The position numbers and the translations under genes were made by a program. A stretch of 63,741 bases of DNA, filler included, from Reticulomyxa filosa (taxonomy: Eukaryota; Protista; Foraminifera), in NCBI GenBank assembly GCA_000512085.1. It is 12 parts of 12 records of this genome, joined end to end, with 100 filler letters (N's around TTAATTAATTAA, not from the genome) between each part and the next. Parts side by side here need not be neighbours in the genome. Positions count along the whole stretch, not along the records: positions 55,269 to 56,534 come from ASPP01029650.1; positions 56,635 to 57,790 come from ASPP01000764.1; positions 57,891 to 62,641 come from ASPP01025456.1; positions 62,742 to 63,741 come from ASPP01048575.1; 8 more parts are not named here. One strand, given 5' to 3'. The notes under the pieces are model-generated. The model worked only from the letters and a program-made list of their open reading frames with translations, had not been told where the DNA came from and did not search any database. The first letter of the stretch is position 1; the number at the start of each line of letters is the position of its first letter. Of this stretch, positions 55,169 to 63,741 are shown piece after piece.

Positions 55169-55268
55169 NNNNNNNNNNNNNNNNNNNNNNNNNNNNNNNN
55201 NNNNNNNNNNNNTTAATTAATTAANNNNNNNNNNNNNNNNNNNNNNNNNNNNNNNNNNNNNNNNNNNN
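55169..55268. other. Artificial contig linker
   Basis: N44-TTAATTAATTAA-N44. Confidence 0.98.
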
Positions 55269-55330
55269 TTATCAATTATTATCAATTATTATCAATTATT
55301 ATCAATTATTATTTATTATTATCAATTATT
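55269..55330. repeat. (TTATCAATTA)n 10-bp tandem repeat
   Basis: About 6 units directly 3' of the Kelch gene stop codon. Confidence 0.85.
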
Positions 55331-55333
55331 TAA

Positions 55334-56534
55334 TTACCAAAATCTTCTTCCTAAAGAAAACCAATCAATAACTTGTAAATCTTGAATTAAAGGAAAAGGA
55401 TAAAAAGCATGAACTGGATGATTTCTATATGTAGTAGCAATCCAAGAATGTGTTTGTAAATCAAATATTTGATATGAATGAAGATTAGTCTTATTAGAAC
55501 AAATAAGTAAATCACCATCATTATGAATAGAAAATTTAGGTAAAGAATAAGAATAATGTAAAGTATGTGATTTATGAATAAACCAAGATTGTTTAATAAG
55601 ATCATAAAATTGAATAATATTAGAATTACTACTAACTAAATAAATAAGATCATGAAATTTAATAGAATGTGAACGTTGTGAAGGAAATAATAAATGTCCA
55701 ATATTAATCCATTGTTTATTATTACGATCATACCATTCAGTATCTAATATAGAAAATTTTTTATCACAACCACCAGTTAAAAAAATAAATTTATCATCTA
55801 TAGTTATAGCAGAAGAACGATAACGTGGATATAATAATTTATTACAACGATACCATTTATTTTTTAAAAAATCATATTGTGCACAATCAGATAATATTTT
55901 ATCCCAACCATTATAACCACCTATAATCATTAATGAATCTGGCCAAAATACCATAGAACAATATGCTCTAGGTGGTACTTGTGGAAATGGCATTTCTACT
56001 ACAGGTGATATTTTCATAGATTCTATATCTAATTCTGCTATTGTAGATATTGGTTTACCCATAACTAAACCACCTGCAAAAAATAATTTTGGTGGTGATG
56101 ATCTTGGAAATAATTCACATGACATTGAATGACGTTGTAATGCATTATGTAAATTATTTAATTTTGGTATTTCTTCTCCTATTTTATACCATAAACCTTT
56201 ACTTATATCACTTATATAATATCCATCATTACTTGTTAATACTAATATAGAATCTTTTAATATATTATTCTTATTATATTTTTTATATTTTTCTTTTAAA
56301 TTTTTATTACTATTATCATAACTTAATGATTGTGTTGGATATTGTAATGTATTTTTATATTTTTGTAAATTATTTAATATTATTTCTCCTGGTTCTACTA
56401 TCCAAGATGGTCTCCATCCTATACAATTACCACTATATTCACTTATTTTTTTAATTATATTTAAATATTTTAATCTTAATCTTAATTTTGATTTTAATTT
56501 TAATTTTAATTTTAATTTTAATTTTAATTTTAAT
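55334..56534 (-). CDS. Kelch-repeat protein (5' truncated, intronless in view)
   Basis: LFFAGG, LMIIGGYNG...YDFLKNKW and IFLTGG...WYDRNNKQW. The frame stays open upstream of 56125 to the contig edge ((IK)n from a TTTTAA repeat). Confidence 0.85.
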
Positions 56535-56634
56535 NNNNNNNNNNNNNNNNNNNNNNNNNNNNNNNNNNNNNNNNNNNNTTAATTAATTAANNNNNNNNNN
56601 NNNNNNNNNNNNNNNNNNNNNNNNNNNNNNNNNN
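56535..56634. other. Artificial contig linker
   Basis: N44-TTAATTAATTAA-N44. Confidence 0.98.
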
Positions 56635-57470
56635 GCTTCACTTTTCATGCAAAACTTCGTAAATGACTTCATTGAACATAAAACAACTCCGTTGTTCCGT
56701 AATAATTGTCTCCAGCACGCTGTGAGGATTGTCTCCATGCGTGTCAATTTCATTGATTGGGTAGGCGCAAAAGCTGATATCTCCCCACTGCCAACCCACA
56801 ATTTTCATCTTTTCTAACATGTAGTTGAATATCTCTTCATGTCCTAGATGGGCTGCGTATTGCAAACTGCTAAATCCTTGATAGTTTTGTAGTTGACTTA
56901 ATGACATAATAGTAAACGTTGGAAATTGTGTTTGGTACAATGATAAAATGCAATCGAAAATAAACCCGTCGTTCACGCGAACGGCATGGTGAAATAATGT
57001 GTTCCCACTGCTATCGCTACAGTCTACTTTTGCACCGTATTCAAACAACAGTTCAATCATTGCGCGATGTCTCGTACAAACTGCAAGTGCAAGGCAATGC
57101 TCTCCATAATACACTGTCCATGTTTCCGACCGAAAAGATTTTCCAGTAGCACGACCAATATTGGGGTCAGCGCCATGTTGGCGTAAATATTCTACAATGT
57201 CTTCGAATGTGCAAAACATAAAGTGCAAGGATGATTATTTTTAAAAATTACATGTTCTTTTTTTTTTTTGATATTGGAAATTTTAAAAGTGCACTTTTAA
57301 AATATTCGCATACCATAATATCTGTTAACGATTACAATGTGCAATACGTTTGCTCCTTGATACATTTCGCGGGTGTAAGACGCGTCAATTATCTTTGGAA
57401 AACTTGTCACCAAGAATTTAACCGTTGTTGCTCTGGGAATAACTTTATTGTCGTGGATTTTGGCTTTCAT
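56635..57470 (-). CDS. TRPV-family cation channel N-terminal ankyrin + linker region (intron 57201-57313; TM region not in contig; may be a pseudogene)
   Basis: YTREMYQGANVLHIVIVNR, GRATGKSFR, YYGEHCLALAVC, DSSGNTLFHHAV, NYQGFSSLQYAAHLG, WQWGDISFCAYPINEID and SVLETII are colinear with TRPV5/6/OSM-9 motifs (ARATGTAF, YFGEHPLSFAAC, DSLGNTVLH, WTYGPLTSTLYDLTEID). Confidence 0.85.
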
Positions 57471-57577
57471 GTTCTAGGTCGTGTCATTGGGCTCGATATC
57501 CAACGTGATCGTTTTTCCTGTTATATCCAACTTAAGATAAGATGTACAACATAATAGACTTAAATTTGCATTGTCAT
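57421..57577 (-). pseudogene. Decayed ubiquitin fragment (residues ~1-43)
   Basis: MTMQI...ITGKTITLDIEPNDTT*NMKAKIHDNKVIP/EQQRL versus ubiquitin [43 protein letters not shown]. Confidence 0.88.
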
Positions 57578-57790
57578 TTTTTACGTTTCTTTTTTTTTGA
57601 GCTAAGATGATTGAAAAAACACAACAGACTTTTTTTTAGAAGAACTTTTGTTTCTTGATCACGTGTTTTTGGTAAATAATACAGTTTTGCTATCTTTGTT
57701 AAGCGAGCTGTAAGATATATCTTTTGGAAACTATAACTTCTATATGCATTTTACATAACCAATAACGATGATTATATCAGAATTATAAAT

Positions 57791-57890
57791 NNNNNNNNNN
57801 NNNNNNNNNNNNNNNNNNNNNNNNNNNNNNNNNNTTAATTAATTAANNNNNNNNNNNNNNNNNNNNNNNNNNNNNNNNNNNNNNNNNNNN
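57791..57890. other. Artificial contig linker
   Basis: N44-TTAATTAATTAA-N44. Confidence 0.98.
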
Positions 57891-58246
57891 ATCATGGAGG
57901 ATAAATATAAATCGTTGCGCATTCACAATATATCAAGCAGAAAACACAAATAACAAGTATATGCTATATTGTGAGAAAAATAACGTGCATACGCAAGAAT
58001 GACTTACGAATTACGAAATTAAATTGAACGAGGACCCATAGCGATAGAATAATCATATTATTTTGCTTTTATGAAAAAAAGAATTTGGAGTGGAAAACTC
58101 TCAAAATTTTAACAATAAATATATTGTCGCAATGTAATTTGCATGACAATCTTCTTAAGAGGCATGCAAGATGAACCAAAGACAGAAAAGTATGAAAAAA
58201 AAAATGAAGACATTGATAAAGATATTTTAATTGCACTTTTCAAAAT

Positions 58247-59466
58247 TTATTTCATTTTACTATATTTAATAATAATTTGATCAAAATCATCGATCCATCC
58301 TAATTTTATCTTTAAAATTCGAACTCCAATGTTGAACAATGCATTTTATTTCATTTTTTGACTGTTTATTATTTATTTGTCAATCAGCTTTATACAATAC
58401 AATTTATTTGTGTTTCATCAAAGTAAATATATAAATAAACAAATTATTACCAACAGTTTTGTTTTCATGTGAGTTGATAATTTTGTTTTTTTTACCATCT
58501 TGTCCTCCAATGATGTGTATATGATTGTCTTCTTCATTCAATATTGCGACACAATCATATAATGGACTGGGGTAAAGTGTCTTGAAATGTCGTCCATTTA
58601 TTTTCTCGAATTGAATACTTGTACACTGATTTTGAAACAACATCCGAATAACTAAATCCACCAAAGAACAAGATTGCATCATCGATACACACATATACAT
58701 AATATTTAAATTGTGAAATATCATCACAAACAGGTAGTTAATGAAATTGGAAATCGTTGTTATCTTCATCATATGCAATTAAAAGTCCTGTACTCTTACA
58801 AAACAACAGCATTTGATAATGTTGTTTATTCGTTTTAATCATTTCTTGTACTTGTTCTTGTCCATTTTCTGAATTTGGCACAAAGCAATGAAATGGAAGA
58901 TAATTCATATAAAATGGCAAATGGTCATGTTTAATAAATTGAAATGTATTTAAATTAAACACACTAATTTTATTTTTAAGATAAGTGATAAATAACAAAT
59001 GATTATTGCTTCCACCAATTAATGCACGCACATCAATATAATTATCATTATCTCTTCCAATGATAATCGAATGATTATCATTGTCTGTGAAGGAAATCCA
59101 TTGATTGTAATTGTCGAATTTATTTGATCTGTTTGATATATTACTCCAAACACTTACATATTTCATCATTAATGTATGTCATGTATGTTCACCCCATCCA
59201 TCAAAAGACAACAAAGTGATTTGATTTTTGTCTTTATTGTTGTTATCTACTAGTTTCACTACACAGTATCCTCGCAATTGAGCATCACTTGGATACTCAC
59301 AGATAAACTTGTATTCGTTTTTGATTGTATGATAAGAATAACAAGCTCTTTGTTCGTAGCCTCCACAAATAAGAAGCTCGTGTTTATGCAGCACACATTG
59401 AGATTGAGAAAGTGGAGTGGGTAAATCCTTTAAACTTTGAAAGGAAGTTGTGTTTCGATTACCCAT
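58247..59466 (-). pseudogene. Kelch-like beta-propeller family gene with in-frame stop and frameshifts
   Basis: MGNRNTTSFQSLKDLPTPLSQSQCVLHKHELLICGG, ALIGGSNNHLLFITY and HIHIIGG. TGA at 59179-59181 and several frameshifts. Last exon encodes the HWxRxxxIxxGWIDDF module. Confidence 0.85.
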
Positions 59467-59746
59467 GTTGTTAATGTTGCTGAATTTTTTTAAGTAGTTT
59501 TTAACTTTTTTTAAAACTCAAATCGACGTCTTTTTTTGTGTGAGATCTATTTATCTGCTTGTAGAGAAGTAACATATATCTTCACTACCAATTCTTATTT
59601 TTAATCAAAGTAAAAAAATAATCTGCTTGATTTTAAGAAAGAAAAGAAATGGAAGAAAAGACATAATTGCTTTGTCTAATTAATCATTCGCTCAAAAAAA
59701 TGATGAAAAACATGTGTACACTTGATATATTTTGTTTAATTTTGTT

Positions 59747-62641
59747 TTAATTATTATCATCATCATTCCAAAATTTTTGAATTGGAAATTCCCATTTAAT
59801 GCTTTGTTTATTATAATAATTTTTCAATTTATTAAAAGCTTTAGAATTAATGATATTGACAATATTTTTATCATCTTCATTATGATTATATCGAATGCGA
59901 GGATTAAATAACAATAAACCAAATGCTAATAATTCTGTTTCGATACTTTTCTTTCCCATTTTGATTTTTATATCCTCTTTTAGTGAATTAATTATAATAC
60001 GTCCCCATATATCACCTGACGTGTTTGATAGTATTAAATTTACTCTATTACGTTGTCTCACAGATACATTATTAAATATTTTTAAAAGATTATCTAGTAA
60101 TAAACACAATTGTTTATCATCCAATTTCATTGCACTAGTTTTGTGCATTTTGATACATAAATTACTAATACTTTCATCAATATAATAAAATTCATCTAAC
60201 AAAAATTTATATATATGATCTAATAATTGTTTTTCCACTTTTTCTGATATATTTCGATATTGATTATCCAAATTTGATATTGTCCCAGAATTTTTGATTT
60301 CATTAAATAAATTATTTGATAATATTATTTCAAGTCCTTTCAAAGATGAAGCAATAATATTATGATCTTTATTATTAAGTCCATCTATCAAGAAATCAGA
60401 TATACCATCTATTTGTTGTTCATTAAAATTGGGTAACATTATTTCAAATATGTCTAAACATGATACTTCATAATGGAATTTATATTTTAAACATTGAAGT
60501 AGAATATCTAATTGTTTATGATCTAATTTTAATAACATTATTTCGAGCATTTGTCTAAATATAATTTGATAAGTGCTCCAATTAATAATAAAATAACTAA
60601 ACAAATTAGTTAATTGATTTATATTTAATTTCAATGCTATTGTTTGGAATATTTCTTTATGTAAATCATGAAGAATATACAAATGATTATTATTATTATT
60701 ACTATTGAATATATCCATTAAAAATTTGAATGAAATATATATTTGCTCTTCATTAAATTTATTTGATAATGATTGTATTACTTCTGCATATGAAATTAAA
60801 ATCCAAATATTATTACCTTTCAATCCAGATTTTAGACATTCCAATGATTCATTTAATGATCGTTTATTTAATTTCAATGTTATTTTTTGAATTATATCTT
60901 CACATGAATGTAATCTATTTTTTAAATATTCAATTATATTATTTGATTGTTGATTATTCAATTTTGATAATATCACTTCAAATAATTTTTCACATGAACG
61001 CAAAATTTCATAATTTTTATTAGTAAATCTATTTTTTAAAAGATTAAATGTTTCATTTAATTGCGTTTCATTTAATCTCCATAATATTGCTTGGAATCCT
61101 TCCACACATATATCATACAATTCACTGTTTACAGAATCGATTATATGTTTAAAATGTTTGAATAAACTAGATATTTGCTCCTTGCTCAATTGTGTGGATA
61201 CTATTTGAAGTATTTTTATATATGATTTTTCACTACAACAAATTCCATACTCGATATATTTAGTTACATGGAATAATAATTGATTGTCTAATTTCGATAA
61301 TTTTGCATTAAGCGCATCAACACATACACGATGAATAGCAGAATTTTTTCTTATAACTTTTTGGGTTAAAACATTAAATAATTTTCTTATTTGTTCTACA
61401 TCCAATTTCAATACTATTTTGTGAAATCCTTTCCTATATATTTTATCAATATCGGAATGATCACTATCGAGTTCTTTTAAAAAAAATGTAAATATATCAT
61501 CTATTTGTTGTGGATTTAATCTTGGTAACATATTTGCAAGTGATTCTGCACAATAAAAACAAATATTGTTATCTTCATCTTTAATCCCATTCATCAAATA
61601 AAAGATCATATTATCAAATTGTTTTTCTTTACATTTTATTAATATCATTTCAAGTGATTCAATAAATAATTTATTTGTATCTATTTTATTTAATTGTAAT
61701 AAAATTTTTTCAATTGAATATATGCAATATTTATATAAAAATGTATTTTCATTATCATTATCATTATTTATTTTATTTATTAAGTATTCTAAAGTATTTT
61801 TTAATTGTTGATTATTTAATCTTGTTGACATTCTTCCAAGAGATTCTGCACACGATATACAAACCAATATATCTTCATTATTATCATTGAATTTATTTAT
61901 TAAATATTTCCAAACAATATTTATTTGTTTATTATTTAATTGTTTTGATATTCTTCCAATTAATTCCGCAGATAAATATTGAACATTTTTATTTTTATCA
62001 TTTTTTAATCCATTTATCAAATAATTAAAAATATCACTATTTAATTGTTTTTTATTCCATTGTAATTGCAATAACAATAATTTTTGAATTATTTGTGCAT
62101 ATAAATAATCAATATGTTTATTCCTATATTTATATTTATTATTTATTAAATATATAATAAAATTATCTATTTGTATTTTATTCCATTTTATTGATATTTC
62201 CATTATCATATCAGCATAAAAATTTCGAACAAATTGTTTATTATGTTGTAAACCATTTGTTAAAAATTTAAAAGAAATATCTATATATTTTTTATTTAAT
62301 TGACTGGAAATAATTTTATATAATTTTTTATATAAATTATGTACAATCTTATCTTTGTTATTAATTAATTTATCCATTAAATAATTAAATGCAATATTCA
62401 ATTGTCCTTGATCCAATATCATCATAATTTTTTCAAATAATTTTATATAATGTAAAATAACAATCTTTTGTTTATCCTTTAATTCATTTATCAAATATTT
62501 AAAAATATAATTCAATTGATATTCATTCAATCTCATTACAATTCTTTCAATTAATTCTTCAAATTCATATTTTTCCAATAAATATTCAAAAATATAATCT
62601 AATTGTTTCTTATTCAATTTTGTTATAATCATTTCAATTAT
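59747..62641 (-). CDS. Large HEAT/ARM-like alpha-solenoid repeat protein (5' truncated)
   Basis: 961+ aa intronless ORF with ~40-aa repeats of the type 'CAESLGRMSTRLNNQQLKNTLEYLINK'. Confidence 0.85.
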   Translation of the reverse strand: MIEMIITKLNKKQLDYIFEYLLEKYEFEELIERIVMRLNEYQLNYIFKYLINELKDKQKIVILHYIKLFEKIMMILDQGQLNIAFNYLMDKLINNKDKIVHNLYKKLYKIISSQLNKKYIDISFKFLTNGLQHNKQFVRNFYADMIMEISIKWNKIQIDNFIIYLINNKYKYRNKHIDYLYAQIIQKLLLLQLQWNKKQLNSDIFNYLINGLKNDKNKNVQYLSAELIGRISKQLNNKQINIVWKYLINKFNDNNEDILVCISCAESLGRMSTRLNNQQLKNTLEYLINKINNDNDNENTFLYKYCIYSIEKILLQLNKIDTNKLFIESLEMILIKCKEKQFDNMIFYLMNGIKDEDNNICFYCAESLANMLPRLNPQQIDDIFTFFLKELDSDHSDIDKIYRKGFHKIVLKLDVEQIRKLFNVLTQKVIRKNSAIHRVCVDALNAKLSKLDNQLLFHVTKYIEYGICCSEKSYIKILQIVSTQLSKEQISSLFKHFKHIIDSVNSELYDICVEGFQAILWRLNETQLNETFNLLKNRFTNKNYEILRSCEKLFEVILSKLNNQQSNNIIEYLKNRLHSCEDIIQKITLKLNKRSLNESLECLKSGLKGNNIWILISYAEVIQSLSNKFNEEQIYISFKFLMDIFNSNNNNNHLYILHDLHKEIFQTIALKLNINQLTNLFSYFIINWSTYQIIFRQMLEIMLLKLDHKQLDILLQCLKYKFHYEVSCLDIFEIMLPNFNEQQIDGISDFLIDGLNNKDHNIIASSLKGLEIILSNNLFNEIKNSGTISNLDNQYRNISEKVEKQLLDHIYKFLLDEFYYIDESISNLCIKMHKTSAMKLDDKQLCLLLDNLLKIFNNVSVRQRNRVNLILSNTSGDIWGRIIINSLKEDIKIKMGKKSIETELLAFGLLLFNPRIRYNHNEDDKNIVNIINSKAFNKLKNYYNKQSIKWEFPIQKFWNDDDNN

Positions 62642-62741
62642 NNNNNNNNNNNNNNNNNNNNNNNNNNNNNNNNNNNNNNNNNNNNTTAATTAATTAANNN
62701 NNNNNNNNNNNNNNNNNNNNNNNNNNNNNNNNNNNNNNNNN
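62642..62741. other. Artificial contig linker
   Basis: N44-TTAATTAATTAA-N44. Confidence 0.98.
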
Positions 62742-63741
62742 ATTATTCAAACAACTACAACTTGTGATCGACGTGTATTTCTTTATAATAATTATTATTA
62801 TTTATCAAATACAAGTATTGAAATGAATCAAAATCATCCATGGAATAAAGCAAATAAAAAAGCACATGAAATTGTGAATCAAATGATAAATGAAAAACAA
62901 CAAGGAATAATAGTTATTTCAACAAATATTGATCAATTTGCAAAATCAAATAATAAAAAATTTTGGCAAGAAGTTCCATTTTCAATGATGATTAATTCAA
63001 AAGAATATTTAAAACAGAAAATAATAATTGGAAAATATTCAATTTGTTTGTTTTGTTCCAAAAAAATAACATTTGATGATATCACAATTGATGGATGTGT
63101 TTATGTTGTTGATTGTGTTATTCGTGGAATTGGAAATTGCTATATTACTCAACAGCTTATCCATACTAATAAATCTGTTATCCAATGTTCTTTTCATTCT
63201 CCTGTTTTTACTTGCTCTTGGCCAATTAATACAAAACAATTAATGCGTTCAGGGAAAAAATTATTAAAAAATTCAAATTTGAACGAAGCAATTCAATTTT
63301 TTCATTTTTTACTTTGTGTTAGATTGCAGACATTACATCATTCTCACATTGATATTGCAACATCTTATTTTTGGTTGGGTATTGCATATTATAATAAAAG
63401 AGAATACGACAAAGCAGTTGAATATTATGAAAGATCGTTGAAAATCAGACTGGATAAATTTGGACATGATCACACTGATGTTGCTGATTCATACAATAAT
63501 TTGGGATATGTTTATAAAAAGAAAGGAGAATACGATAAAGCAATTGAATATTATGAAAAATCATTGAAAAGCAGATTGGATAAATTGGGACATGATCACA
63601 TTCATGTTGCTGATTCATACAATAATTTGGGAAATGTTTATGAAAAGAAAGGAGAATGCAACAAAGCAATTGAATATCATGAAAAATCATTGAAAATCAG
63701 ATTGGATAAATTGGGACATGATCACATTCATGTTGCTTCTT
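62742..63741 (+). CDS. TPR-repeat protein (42-aa kinesin-light-chain-type TPRs), open at both ends, absent from the ORF track
   Basis: Uninterrupted frame with repeats HxDVADSYNNLGxVYxxKGEYDKAIEYYEKSLKIRLDKLGHD, encoded by near-identical 126-nt units from ~63350. Confidence 0.92.
   Translation, partial: MIQTTTTCDRRVFLYNNYYYLSNTSIEMNQNHPWNKANKKAHEIVNQMINEKQQGIIVISTNIDQFAKSNNKKFWQEVPFSMMINSKEYLKQKIIIGKYSICLFCSKKITFDDITIDGCVYVVDCVIRGIGNCYITQQLIHTNKSVIQCSFHSPVFTCSWPINTKQLMRSGKKLLKNSNLNEAIQFFHFLLCVRLQTLHHSHIDIATSYFWLGIAYYNKREYDKAVEYYERSLKIRLDKFGHDHTDVADSYNNLGYVYKKKGEYDKAIEYYEKSLKSRLDKLGHDHIHVADSYNNLGNVYEKKGECNKAIEYHEKSLKIRLDKLGHDHIHVAS

Noticed and set aside
400-59181. Stop-codon reassignment or selenocysteine suggested by in-frame TAG/TGA (477, 40673, 57474, 59179)
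   Set aside because: These stops lie in probable introns or in sequences that also carry frameshifts. Long intact ORFs have no internal stops, and TAA, TAG and TGA all terminate genes here.
63340-63741. Regular direct repeats resembling a CRISPR array or satellite
   Set aside because: They are in-frame 126-nt TPR coding units without spacers, there are no cas genes, and the context is eukaryotic.

Overview
This is AT-rich eukaryotic genomic DNA with GT-AG introns and long homopolymer tracts. It consists of 12 unrelated contig pieces joined by 11 artificial 100-nt linkers (44 N + TTAATTAATTAA + 44 N), so neighbourhood across a linker means nothing. The expanded families (WD40 with 'FWDIRSNKNELY', Kelch with 'FQSLKDLPTPLSQSQCVLHKHELLICGG', 42-aa TPR, NACHT, HEAT-like) look to me like those of the foraminiferan Reticulomyxa filosa (Rhizaria). 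That assignment is recognition from memory, not a search result. Recognisable genes are Beclin-1/ATG6, profilin, a SAM+C2H2 protein, an SLC49/FLVCR-like MFS transporter, an OGFOD2-like dioxygenase, an RFESD-like Rieske protein (missed by the ORF track), glutamine synthetase II, an Smr-like+UBA protein, a G-protein beta subunit head-to-head with a 7TM protein, WD40/Kelch/TPR/HEAT repeat genes, USO1/p115, a MIEAP-domain-like protein, SDA1, a mitotic cyclin and a TRPV-like channel fragment. There is also a Tc1 relic and several pseudogenes. The most notable observations are: (1) a TRPV5/6/OSM-9-like channel whose 5' end derives from a decayed ubiquitin gene in the same reading frame; (2) a ~33-aa phase-0 exon module shared by the N-terminus of a WD40 protein and the C-terminus of a Kelch protein, a candidate lineage-specific adaptor box; (3) NLR-like parts (NACHT, TPRs with localized variation, HEAT) and a mosaic WD40/Tc1/NACHT contig.
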